DNA of 64,000 nt. Origin: Octopus vulgaris. Its lineage: Eukaryota. Below the pieces are notes generated by a model, which did not search any database, had not been told where the DNA came from, and saw only the letters and a list, made by a program, of their open reading frames with translations. The position numbers and the translations under genes were made by a program. Each line of letters starts with the position of its first letter. Within the stretch, counting starts at the first letter, position 1. The stretch lies in contig OX597836.1 of assembly GCA_951406725.2 (NCBI GenBank), forward strand, positions 7,006,001-7,070,000, read 5' to 3'. Positions 27,714 through 40,850 of the stretch are shown piece after piece.

Positions 27714-28475
27714 TTTCTCTCTATTTCAGCTCAGAGTTGCAGCCATGCTGATGCACCCCGTTTTGTGCTACACTGTTATTACGAAGAACCTCGTCAAATA
27801 TGTGGCACTTGGTGAAGAATGGAGTTTGATACAGCTACTCTCATTTGCACCTCTTGCCGTGAGGTAGGTTCATCTGGGATTCTTGACAGGAAGATGTCTA
27901 GCTTTGATTTAAAAAACGCTACATCTACTTTGTGCAAGTTCCTCAGACTCTTTGGGAGAATATTAAAAAGCTGTGGGCCCTTGAAACCCAGGCTGTTGCA
28001 GAAGCTGATCCTGAAGCGTGATGGCATTGCTGGGATTTTTGGCACTATCCAGTGTCGTCCCGTTCTAGCATTGGTGTAGCTTACAATGCCAAAATTTGGC
28101 ACAATTTCTTCCAGGATCTTCCAGACATATATTACTCCATACCTCTCCCGTCTTCTCTCCAGGGAGTAGAGTCTTAGCTATTTCAACCATTCCCAGTAGC
28201 TGAGCTGTTGCAAAGAGACGATCTTCTTTGTGAATCTTCTCTGGATTGCTTCAAGGTCCGCTGTTAATTTTACACTGGTGGGTGACCATAGCTGTGAGCA
28301 GTAATCCAGGCGGCTGAGGACGAATGTCCGCCAGAGGACCATCATGGTCTCCTTATCTCTGGTTCTGGATGTTCTTAGGATCCACCCAGCCAGTCGTCTG
28401 CACTTTGTCGCCATCCTGGTAATGTGCACTTGGAAAGAGGTATCATCACTCATGTCGATACCCAGGTCCCTCACA
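27714..28475 (-). mobile_element. 5'-truncated CR1-clade LINE (RT C-terminus and 3' UTR)
   Basis: VRDLGI...GWILRT...LSRLDYCSQLWSP...LEAIQRRFTK...LSYWE.LK*LRLYSLERRRERY; typical CR1 motifs. Confidence 0.88.
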
Positions 28476-28776
28476 GATATATATATATATATACCGGGCA
28501 ACGAGAAACTCAGAGTAACAGATTTTGTTGAATTTTCTGCTGCCTTAAATAAAGTATATATATATATATCAAGCGAACACATAGTTGTAACAAGCTAAAA
28601 TGCTAGCTTTAAAATCTCTCTTAGAGATCATTGTAGCCACTTTAACATGGCTGTCCGTTCGAACGGATTCTACTGGTTCCGTCGGTAAAAGATGGTAGGG
28701 GTTCGCTCCAGTGCTCGCAACTTTATCGGATGCAGCTGTGCATTGTTAACCAGCTAGAGGAGATGCCCTCTTGACG

Positions 28777-28834
<58 letters not shown>

Positions 28835-28837
28835 GTT

Positions 28838-28896
<59 letters not shown>

Positions 28897-29143
28897 TGTG
28901 CTTCTTTTAGTTTCCGTCCGCTAGATTTTGGTCCCCACAGAGGGCTTCAGTAGGAACCAACTGCCTGAGGTGCCATGTAACGGAACTGAAACCGGAACCA
29001 GGTGGCTGGGAAACCATGGCTGATCCTATATGTATATTATTCATTATTTGTACATTCAAAAACCATTCAAAAACCGGTCGGATCCGACCTATCTCACCTG
29101 CAATGCTATTCATGATATTTCATGATATTTCGAAATATGTGTG

Positions 29144-29211
<68 letters not shown>

Positions 29212-29884
29212 CATGTGTGTGTGTATGTGTATATAAATATATGTATGTATATATATATCAAAATCAATCAAATATATATATATATATATATCCACACGCA
29301 TTTACATATATATGTGTGTATACATATATATGTATATATATGTATGTGCATCGTTGTGTGTGTGTACACACAAGCCATTACGTTTCCCCATTCACTAAGC
29401 ATCATCCCTATTCTGTTATTCCGTCGCATTCCGTTATGTTCTTCATTCTATTATCTTATTACTTTCAGTGCTTTTACATTAGTTTTTTTCTTAATTTAAT
29501 TCTTCACTGCCGTTGTTGTTGCCATGATGATCTGGTAAGTTGTTATCATACCGTTAACCAGTACTCTACACTCTGTCACCTTCTGATGAAAGCAAGGTAT
29601 CCATGTATAATTTTATCTATACATTTCCGCTAGAATCATTATACAAGTAAATGTCATGTAGAATATAGTTGATTTTTATGTAGGAGACGTTGATATTTCT
29701 CCACATGTCGTTCCGTTCAAATCACCCGTAGATTAGAATTCAATATTTGGTTGTCGTCTACATGTACGTTCCTAGATTTTGGACTAAACTATGCATTGTT
29801 ACGATGGAATATTTGAACAAATTCCGAGATAATCGGCCTCAAGTAACTTCAGAGCAGAAGAATTTTATCCATTATTACAGGCAG

Positions 29885-30026
29885 AGAAGTGGCTGTGTGG
29901 TTAGAAGCTTGCTTCCCATCCACATGGATCGGAGTTCATTCCCACTGCATGGCACCTTGAACAAGCCTCAGGCCAACCAAAGTCTTGTGAGTGGATTTGG
30001 TAGACGGAAATTGAAAGAAGGCTGTC

Positions 30027-30080
<54 letters not shown>

Positions 30081-30127
30081 TTTATTTATTTTATCTAGTT
30101 TCAGCTCACGAGCTGTGGCCATGCTGG

Positions 30128-30178
<51 letters not shown>

Positions 30179-30392
30179 ATAAAAGTAAATAATATCTTTA
30201 ATGGTTTTTAAAAGAACCAATAGCAACCTGTTGCCTGCCTCTTATTTATATATATATACTTAGCGGTTCGGAAAATGAGACCGATACAATTAGTACTAGG
30301 ATTACAAAGAATAAGTCCTGGGGTTGATTTGCTCGACAAAAGGAGATGCTCCAGCATGGCCACAGTCAAATGACTGAAACAAGTAAAAGAGT
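29885..30392 (+). mobile_element. SINE family B pieces (29885-30030, 30258-30392) with a CR1-type tail fragment at 30090-30130 (-)
   Basis: Similarity to family B and to 27714-27760. Confidence 0.7.
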
Positions 30393-30443
30393 ATGTATGT
30401 ATTTGTGCGCTGTGTTTGTCCGCCTACCATCGCTTGACAACCA

Positions 30444-30728
30444 AATATTTAATTAGAGCAAGGTGAAATGGAGAAGCAGAAGTAATTAATGTCTTACACC
30501 TGTTTCTGGGATATCCCAGGTGATGGGCCAACTTCTCCATACATTGGGTATTACATCATCAGAGTCAAAGTGTGTATGCACACACCTTTCCTGCATACAC
30601 ACCTTGGCTCTGATGATGGAATACCCATTGTATGGAGAAGTTGACCCATCACCTGGGATATCCCAGAAACAGCTGTAAGACATTAATTACTTCTCCCTTT
30701 TTTATTCCCCTTGCCCTAATTAAATATT
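30444..30728. mobile_element. Fold-back MITE with arms of about 140 bp
   Basis: Near-perfect inverted repeat around an 11-nt loop (cacacctttcc). Confidence 0.75.
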
Positions 30729-30989
30729 CTGAATGACCTGAGACACTTGTCCTGCCTTGGTTTTGTTTTCCTTTTCCTTTCATATATATATATGCTGATA
30801 GATAGACAGATAGATAAATAGAGAGAGGGAGAAACGTTTGTCTACACATACATATATAAATAGGTGGAGAGACAAAGAGGAAGAGACAGGGAGGAGAGGG
30901 AGAGAAAGAAAGTGAAAGAAAGAGAAATGTATACGGGACAGTATGTCCAGCGGCGTTTCAGGTGGGAAGAAACAAGCGTTTCTTTGATC

Positions 30990-31900
30990 TTATTTAATAT
31001 ACTTCAGATAATCTTTCCTCTTTATTACTGATAACGTAATCCCATCAATTTGACAAACTGTTTTCCCTCAGAATCATATTGGAACGATCTGAAATGATGA
31101 AACTTAGATGGAGCAAGGCTAAAAGAGTAGGAAGGATGAGGGGAAATTCCGCATTTACTGCTTTGACAATATATGCCTTTGACACTATGTGACGTGGGCA
31201 ATAAACGACTTTGGCAACATGTGACGGGAGCAATATGTGGTGTTGCATTATCGTGTAAAAGAAACATATTTTTGCTACTGACCAATGGTGGCACTTTTTC
31301 TGAAAATTTTCGAGCAATGCTTTCAGTTCACAAAAATACTTCGCATTAACTGTTTCGTTTTGGCTTCACACGGTCATCTGTTTACGGACCTACTGCCCAA
31401 GCACAGACACTTTTCCCATCTTATGATCGAAGTATAACTTGAATTGAACTGTTCTGCTAATCCTCTTACAGTTTACTTTGAATTTTCGCCAATTTCTGTT
31501 TTCAGAATCTCGCCACTGTAAAATCATGGCCTTCCAAATCGAGAGGAAGATGCGAGAGAGAAATTTCTTTCGTTTTGGCTTCACATGGTCAGATGTTTTC
31601 GGACCTTCTGCCCAAGCTCAGACACATCTCCTACTTCCTGAAGACATTTTATGAACGAAGTATGACTTGGATTGAACTGTTCTGCTAACTCTTCAGCAGT
31701 TTGCTTTGAATTTTTCTGAACTTTTATTTGCAGAATCTCATTACTGACAGACTCGAAGGGAAGATCCGAGAGACAAATTTCTTGGTTGAAACAGGCCAAA
31801 TCTTCGTTGGCATGTCTGGTTTCTTAAAACTTCATTTTCATAGACAGAACAAATATTTCTTGCAGCTTCCATTGTTGAAGATCTCTCTTTGAATTTACAC
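30990..31900 (-). mobile_element. Decayed mariner transposase fragment with an internal duplication of about 215 bp
   Basis: LLHDNATPH and HPSYSFSLAPSKFHHFRS motifs; HTH-region remnant QTAEELAEQFN. Confidence 0.8.
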
Positions 31901-32129
31901 GCACAAAGTCTATGAGACAGGTGTGATCTAAGTTCGTTTTAAAAGAGTTAATATAAATTTAACCACCATGCTTTAAAGTAAATTGCAAAGAAACAGAAAA
32001 TATCAGTATGTAAAAATTAATGATTATTTTTCTTAGAGAATTGACAACACACCATCAGTGATCAGGCTAAAATTTCACATATATATCTATATATATATAT
32101 GTCTGTACATATGACTGAATATATGCACT

Positions 32130-32169
<40 letters not shown>

Positions 32170-32182
32170 CATATATACATAT

Positions 32183-32259
<77 letters not shown>

Positions 32260-32428
32260 CATACATACATAGATATAGATAGAGATAGAGATATATAGAT
32301 ATAGATATATATGCGTGTGTGTATTTTAATAAATATATATATATACACACAAACAATACACTTACACACACACATATATATGTATGTGTATATATATATG
32401 TGTGTGTTTGTGTAATGTATGTATATAT

Positions 32429-32497
<69 letters not shown>

Positions 32498-32594
32498 TGT
32501 GTGTATATATAAATGTATATATATCTTTTTTTGGTTTTGTTAAATTCTCTTTGAAAAAATCAGAGCTAAATAATGTACAAAACAGAAAAAAACG

Positions 32595-32636
<42 letters not shown>

Positions 32637-32921
32637 TCACACACACAAAGAGAGAAAGGAGGCGATCAGAATTTTTGATAATTCTTTATCAGCGCTTTCG
32701 TTCTTTTATCGAACTCGTCAAGACAAAATTAAAACCAAAATGATAAAAACAACGTTTCCTTGGTTTATTTTTCTTTGAATTTTTTTTATTTTGTCGTGAC
32801 GAGTTCGATAGACGAACGAAAGCGTTAATAAAGAATTCTGCCAAATTCTGATTGCCTCCTATCTCTCAATATGCAATATCTGTACACCACTTCAAAAATA
32901 CTCTGTAAATATATCCATATT

Positions 32922-32984
<63 letters not shown>

Positions 32985-33113
32985 TGTGGGGGATCTGTGT
33001 ATCGAGGATGTTGAACCCAGATAAGTCGCAACCTGTTTCGGAATATCGATGTCCTGATACATTGAAACAGCTTGCGTTTGCGCTACGGTCGGTTATCGTT
33101 GTGCATGTGTGTG

Positions 33114-33185
<72 letters not shown>

Positions 33186-33493
33186 CGTGTGTGTATGTGT
33201 GTGTATGTGTTCGTGTGTGTGTGTGTGTGTGTGTGTGTGTTCGTGTGTGTGTGTGTGCCTGCCTGGTTTTGTGGTTAAGAATCTCGTTTTGCAACCACGT
33301 GATTTCGAGTTCAGTGCCCCCCGCACGGATCATGGGGCAATTGTCTTCAAATAATGCAGTAAAGGACTACGAATGAAATTCGTAAATGGAAACAGTGATG
33401 GGCTCTGTCGTATGTGTGTGTGAGTGTGTGTTTACGTGTGTGTGTGTGTTGTCGTATGTGTGTGTGAGTGTGTGTTTGTGTGTGTGTGTGTGT

Positions 33494-33524
<31 letters not shown>

Positions 33525-33781
33525 CTTGTGTGTGTGTGTGCTTGTGTAAGTCAGTGTGTCTGTCTTTATGTTTGTGTTTCTCCCAACCATGGTTTGACAA
33601 CGGCATTGGTTTGTTTACATACTCTTAACTTAGCAGCTCGCCAAAAGTTACCCTTAGAATACGTACCAGACTTTAAAACGAAATAATAAATACTAAACCC
33701 CTCAAAGCGGTGCCCAAGGAAGGCCGCAGGCCAATAACTAAATAAAAGATAAAACATACATGTGTGTGAATGTATACACAC

Positions 33782-33824
<43 letters not shown>

Positions 33825-33850
33825 CTTGTACATACATGCACACATACACC

Positions 33851-33889
<39 letters not shown>

Positions 33890-34036
33890 GTGTGTATGTG
33901 TGTGTGTGCCCTTATGTATATACGTATATTTATGTATATATACGTATGTATATATGTATGCATATATACATATGTATATGTGTATGTATATACACGCTTA
34001 TATATGTAAATATGTATGTATATATGCACACACATA

Positions 34037-34097
<61 letters not shown>

Positions 34098-34615
34098 ATA
34101 CGTATGAATTAATGAATAAAAGATTGCTCGCTTGGGAAGCAAAAAAAAATCACAACAATACGCCGACGGCCATCAATATTTAACCAGTTTGCACGGCTTT
34201 CGTTCACGTAATTACAAAATACTTATTAGTTTATGATTAATGAATACCGACTCTGTATGTCAATGGTTCCGTACCAAAACATATTTCACTCAATAATGTA
34301 GACTTGATTCATTTGGCTGCCTATGCTCGTCACAGTTCAATTGTTCATTTGTAAAAGCCACCGTACCGTGTCGGAGAGGAATCTTGTCTAGTCTTGTCTG
34401 TTGATTCGAACAGGCGCAGCTACCTTTACTTGGAGAAGTCTTAATTACTCGTTAATACACTCTCCACACAAAAGTTTCGTGATTTCCTAAACGATATGGC
34501 GTGTTTATACACGGCGAAGAAATAACGAGGTTGGACAGAGGTAAGAGAGTATATATAATAACGGAAATCATTTGTGCAGCAGACGTTATCATAATGTTAA
34601 TATTTAGGCGAAAAA

Positions 34616-35203
34616 AGGCGGCGAGCTGGCAGAAACGTTAGCACGCCGGGCGATATGCTTAGCGGTATTTCGTTTGCCGCTACGTTCTGAGTTCAAATTC
34701 CGCCGAGGTCGACTTTGCCTTTCATCCTTTCCGGGTCGATAAATTAAGTACCAGTTACGTACTGGGGTCGATGTAATCGACTTAATACCTATGTCTGTCC
34801 TTGTTTGTCCCCTCTATGTTTAGCACCTTCTCGGTAATAAAGAAATAGGTATTTCGTCTGCCGCTACGTTCTGAGTTCAAATTCCGCCAAGGTCGACTTT
34901 GCCTTTCATCCTTTTGGGATCGATTAAATAAGTACCAGTTACGCACTGGGGTCGATGTAATCGACTTAATCCGTTTGTCGGTCCTTGTTTGTCCTCTGTA
35001 TGTTTAGCCCCATGTGGGTAGTAAAGAAATAGCTATTTCGTCTGCCGCTACGTTCTGAGTTCAAATTCCGCCGAAGTCGACTTTGCCTTTCATCCTTTCG
35101 GGGTCGATAAATTAAGTACCAGTTGCGTACTGAGATCGATCTAATCGACTGGCTCCCTCCTCCAATATTTCGGGCCTTGCGCCTAGAGCAGAAAAGAATA
35201 TTT
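34616..35203 (+). mobile_element. SINE family A multimer: one head plus three body units
   Basis: gtatttcgt.tgccgctacgttctgagttcaaattccgcc repeats at about 34666, 34849 and 35032; a further diverged copy lies at 35215-35360. Confidence 0.9.
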
Positions 35204-35499
35204 AGAAAAAAAGTAAGGTAGTGAGTTGTGAGAACCGGTAGTACGTCGGCCAAAATGCTTAGCGGCATTTCTTTCGTCTTTACGTTCTGAGTTCAAATTT
35301 TGCTGAGGTCGACTTTGCCTTTCATCTTTTCAGGGTCGATAAAATAAGTATCAGTTGACGGCCTCGAACTCCCGATCGGAGGCGGCCGCATATCGTAGCA
35401 TACATACATACATACATACATACATACATACATACATACATACATACATACATACATACATACATACAATAAAATCAAAGAGAAAAAAGATAACTATGG

Positions 35500-35790
35500 A
35501 CGACTGCTTAGAAACCTCGGGTTTCTATAATCAGATTATAGATTCACATTTACACCAATAAATACAATTTCGTTTTGTGAGTAAAATACCTGACAGTCTG
35601 GATAAGCTTGGTTTTCAGAAAAAGAAATCGACCAATTGATTCGTACATTACAAATACAATCTGTAAGCAGAACAGTCGAAATATGCAAGACTTTTCTCAA
35701 GTTTAAAATGGGACATTGTTTTTGTTATCGACATTCAACTGATGGAGCTTTGTGTCTTTGTCAGAAACCAGTTCTTTCCTCAAAGGAAAA
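35500..35790 (+). mobile_element. 3' end of the same RLE LINE family as 7400-7910
   Basis: Shared atgcaagactt.tctcaagtttaaaat...gacattg...agaaaccag; remnant LIRTLQIQSVSRTVEICKTFLKF. Confidence 0.7.
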
Positions 35791-35847
35791 AATTTAATAA
35801 TTGAAAGCCGAAGCGAATACGCATGCATGCATACATACATACATACA

Positions 35848-35881
<34 letters not shown>

Positions 35882-36207
35882 ATTTGCACACTCGACTATG
35901 AATTCCATTAAAAGAGTTCCTTTTCTGGATTGGAAACGGCTCTTTCTCTGTCGATAATAATTTTGAGAATTAACAGTAAAACACATACACATACGCAAAG
36001 TGAACGTACATACACATACATACGCATTAATGTATGCGTAAATAACCTTACATATATTATACACATTTGTGCGGAGATACGGATGTATATGCATATATAT
36101 ATATATGGTTTTAATATAATGCATTTGAATAGTCAGCAATGTTTAAAAGCTTCACGCCAAATTATTAAAAATAGTTAACGGCCATATTTTTATAAACTCA
36201 CATTACA

Positions 36208-36278
<71 letters not shown>

Positions 36279-36700
36279 TGTGTGGGTACGTGTGTGTGTG
36301 TGTGTACGTACGTATATGTGCATACATATATGTACGTATGTGTGTGTGTGTGTGTGTATACATACAAGTGTGCGTCTTGTGCGTATACATTTTCTAGTGC
36401 GATTGTGTGCGTATTTATGAAATCTTATCTTTTACACCAGTAAAGTATGCACAGAACGACTACCTCTGGCGGCCATTACACAAATCGCGTTTATCTTTGA
36501 GCTTCGCCACTTAATGTCTATAGGAAGCATATAAATGATATATTTATATAATATATATACCAACTTAATATGTTTGTGTGCCAGTATATGTGTGTCTGTT
36601 TGTGAGTCTCTCGCTCTGACAGAGTGTGTATCGGTGTCTGTATGTGTGTGAATGTAAGCATCCATGTGGATATATATATAATATCATATATCTGTATCAG

Positions 36701-36742
<42 letters not shown>

Positions 36743-36777
36743 AATCTATCTAAATAGATAGATAAATAGATTGTGTG

Positions 36778-36837
<60 letters not shown>

Positions 36838-36859
36838 CATACATACATATATTTATCTA

Positions 36860-36891
<32 letters not shown>

Positions 36892-37000
36892 GCAAATAAG
36901 TAACCAGGATGTCCAGGTCTTAGTGCATTACGGCAGCATCGATCGATTAAATGGAGCCGCCTGAAACGGTCGTAATACAGCCCTGGTAATTGATCAAATC

Positions 37001-39495
37001 TTACCCACCCTTTCTTCTGGACCAGTACAGCCTATCGGGTGGAAGTCTCCGTGTACTGTAAACATATTTCTGGTCTTGGTATCCATTTTCTTCATTTCTC
37101 TCGTTTGCCATTTTATAATTCCTGCTGCATGTCGAACTGATGCTATTTGCCCACGTATCAACTACTTGAATTTTATTCCATCCACTCAATTTTGATCACA
37201 TCAGCCACAGTTGCTTTTTCATTTCCTTTTCCATTATCTCGTTAAACTCTAATACACCAAGCTATTTGTATCCTTCCGTTTCAATTTGCTTAATCAAGTC
37301 TCTATTCGGTAATTCTATCCCTGATAGGGACTGTACCTTGCGTATTTTTAGGTAGATTATTCCGCACTTTTTGAGTCCTAATTCCATTCCAATATCAGCA
37401 CTAAAACAGTGGACCATGTTCACCAGGGAACCCACTTGTGTCTCATCTTTACCATACAATTTAAAATCATCCATGAAGAGGAGGTGGTTGATTGTTTGGG
37501 ATTTTCCCTTTAGTTGGTTTCCCAGGTTCGTTTTCCTAAGTAACAAGATCAGGGGTATCACGCAGAGAACGAAAAGCAACGAAGAAAATCCCCCTTCCGA
37601 TACCCAAGGTGCGCAAGCTTTTTTCCGTAAGATGTCAGTTCAGTTTTCCATCCTACCATACTATTCCTCAGGAAACACCTTACATTCCTCGCATATTCCA
37701 AACAGATCTAAGCACTCAATGATCCACGAATGTGAAATTATATCATCAGCTTTGCGATAGTCAATCCAGGCCATTCACAGATTTGTTCTCCTTCGTTTAC
37801 AATCTTGCATTACCATTTTGTCTCTCAACAGTTGATCTTTGGTACCTCTGAACCTCCCTCGACAGCCATTTTGTTCCGTCGGTAATATATCGTTCTCACC
37901 AAGGAATTTATACAGTTCTTCTGCAATTCCTCCTGACGGTAACTTCTGCATTCATGGGAAGCAGGAAATTGGTCTGTAATTGTCAGCAGCTTCCCTTTGA
38001 TACTTCCTTCAGACACAACACCGTTCGTCCTTTTGTCAACCAACCCGGGATTTCTTCTTCTCCATTGATCAATGCATTAATTTGCTCTGCGATCAATTTA
38101 TAGAAACTACTGAACTTTTTTTTTATCCAAAATCCCTCAACATCATCAGGTCCTGCTGCTTTCAGTTGCTTATCTTTTTGCTCATATTTCTAATACTGTC
38201 ATATTTCTAATACTGAAGTGGATAGCCTCTTTCTGGGGATAGGAAGCTTTCTGCTTCAGGCTGCAGAGCCACTCAGCTGTAGTATTATGTTGTTCTTGCT
38301 TACTTAACCCAGAAAAGTCGACTTTCATCATCAGCAGGGACTAATCTTCCACGTTTTTTATCGTTATTAATCTCTTGATAAAATCTTTTTTGTTCCGTTC
38401 TAAGCAATTTCTTTTGCTGGTATTGCTTAATCCGTTGTTCAAACCTCGTCAGCTTTGCATTTTTTGCATCTTTGTGCTGCTTCAGTTCTTCAATTGGAGC
38501 CTTTTGAATCTACACCAAAATTCTTCCTAACTTTTTCGAATTTCCATTCACTCTTAAGTTCTCCATTTCTTTTCCTGACAAGTATTGGCCCTACACTGTT
38601 CAAGGAGTTTATATCTTCAGAAATTCTCCACGGTTGTTTATTTCCTCTTCTATCCGTCGCTGTTTTATTCTCAGTAGTTCTCAATCCCATCCTTTCCGCC
38701 ACAATCCTACGAGCAGCCTTGATAAGATTAAATGTTTGAGTGATGTTCCTTGTTTCAATGTGTCTCAGTAAATCATTGACTTTATTCGTCTCTTGATTTA
38801 GTCTCCATTAGTCAGCCTTCTTAAAGTCGCACATAAATTCTATCGCTTCTGTATTTAATAGTACCAAAATTCTGTCCATTATTAATCAACTTTCATTGTT
38901 TGAGCAACCACTGATCTCAATTCTTTCACAATCCAAGGTATTAAATTCCTGCGAACAATTGTCCATCTCTTCCACTATACCACTTTTGTTTCTCATATGT
39001 CCAGCCTCACTCGGTATCCTTCTTTAAATAGCTTCTAGCTCCAGTTCTGTTAACCATCCATTCTTTCGTATTGCTCCAGCTTGGTCACATAATCTCTCTT
39101 CAATGATTTCGAACAGTTCCATTGCCTTTCATTCACTGTGCATTCGTTTTCTTTACTCTCTGACAGGCACACCATTTGCACCCCCTGGGGTACCCTGGTA
39201 ATAACACTCCATAACCATCATGCTTACTTGTTTACTCCGTTTGTGCCTTGTGACATGGCCACTAATTTCTGGATTACGACTGGGTCCACCCTGCTGCACA
39301 ATGGGGTACCCGCCGGGTGCGGTACCTTTACCATTGGTCCCAGTCCTGTTCACACCATTATCGTCACCTATTTTGCTTGGCATTTTCACTCACAAATGAA
39401 GTGTAATTATAGATTACCACCAACCGTTATTTTTATCGAAATACCGTCTCTATCGAGGTAATCCGCCAAGGTGACAGGGCCCTTGATCCCTGGTT
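37001..39495 (-). mobile_element. Dong/R4-clade non-LTR retrotransposon, 5' region plus RT, frameshifted and 3'-truncated
   Basis: AWIDYRKA, LFVLCVIPL, INHLLFMDDFKLYGK, GMELGLKKCG, RLYWSRRKGG; 5' end abuts a (TAA)n array. Confidence 0.88.
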
Positions 39496-39514
39496 TTTAT
39501 CATCATCATCATCA

Positions 39515-39574
<60 letters not shown>

Positions 39575-39894
39575 GTTTGACTTTTGCTTTATATTTGTAC
39601 AAGTTGGCTCCAAGTCTCACCCAGAGTCCTCAAGAGACAACAGACTGGAAGTTCATGTTGTCGTTATGCCTAGTGTGCCATATATTTGGGGTTTTTTTGT
39701 TTGTTTTTTGGTGTTGTACTAGTGAATGTCCCCCCCCCCCCCAAAAAAAAAAACGAAAATTATGTTTGTTTTAAACCCTGAAATTACATAGAAAGTATTT
39801 TGCGTAGGATATAAGCAGTTCCCATGAGCACTATCTTTTGAATTTCTGCTATTTTGGGGTTTCCTGGTATCTGAGTTAGGTAGCAATCAGCCCC

Positions 39895-39895
<1 letters not shown>
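39575..39895 (-). mobile_element. 3' end of a Dong/R4-like LINE between (TAA)n arrays
   Basis: IPGNPKIAEIQKIVLMGTAYILRKILSM* C-terminus. Confidence 0.8.
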
Positions 39896-39940
<45 letters not shown>

Positions 39941-39969
39941 GTTATTATTATTATTATTATCATTAAATC

Positions 39970-40170
39970 TGAAAGCCGGCAGAATCGTCAGCAAGCCGGG
40001 TGAAATGCTTGGTGGCATTTCGCCCGTCTTTACATTCTGAGTTCAAATTCCGCCGAGGTCAACTTTGCCTTCCATCCTTTCGGGGTCGATACATTAAGTA
40101 CCAGTCATGTAGTGGGGTCGATGTGATCGATTGTACCCCTCCCCACAAAAACCCAGGCCTTGTGCCTATA
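39970..40170 (+). mobile_element. SINE family A followed by (TAG)n
   Basis: Family A head, body and short tail. Confidence 0.8.
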
Positions 40171-40850
40171 GTAGTAGTAGTAGTAGTAGTAGTAGCAGTA
40201 GTAGTAGTAGCAGTAGTAGTAGTAGTAGTAGCAGCGATCGAAGTGGCGAAGGCAGTGGGGCGGGACTGAGTGGGCGGGGGAATGGGGGTGATATCTATTG
40301 GTATTTATTATGTGTTCATAAATGTACAGATTCTTTCAGTCTTGGATTTCCTGTAAGTCTTCGACGTTTCCGTTGGTTTATCTAGAATTTAATCTGAAAT
40401 GATATTCTCCAAATTCCAAGGGAGATTTAGTCACAAAAATATCTGCTTCAGCTGGAAACCGATATCAAAATTCCAAACATCAATTTATTATTCGATTAAA
40501 CCATTATTCATTTTATTTCCCAACTGCAATTATATTATTCCCATTATTCTATTATTCTTCCATTCCATTATTCTAAACTATTAATCATTATCTCCTTGTT
40601 TCGTCTACCATTTATAGTTTGTTTTTACCAATCTAGAATTCTATCAGTATTTTCGAATATTAGTCTTTCAGACTATTATTCCGTTCTTTTATCAATTCAT
40701 TCTTGTATTAATATTACTTCTGTAACTTTTATTTTATAGGAAAATGTTTCTGTATATTATCATCTTTGGATCTTTACATTATGAGTTCAAATCCTACCAA
40801 ACTCCTGTTCGCTTTTTCAGCCTTTCAGGGTCGATGAAATAAAGTACCAG

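Noticed and set aside
29722-29766. cacccgtagat resembling the miR-100/99 5' end
   Set aside because: Similarity ends after about 10 nt and the hairpin is poor
39400-39500. HDV-like ribozyme expected at the Dong/R4 5' end
   Set aside because: Only a gattacc/ggtaatc hairpin is visible; I could not build the nested double pseudoknot
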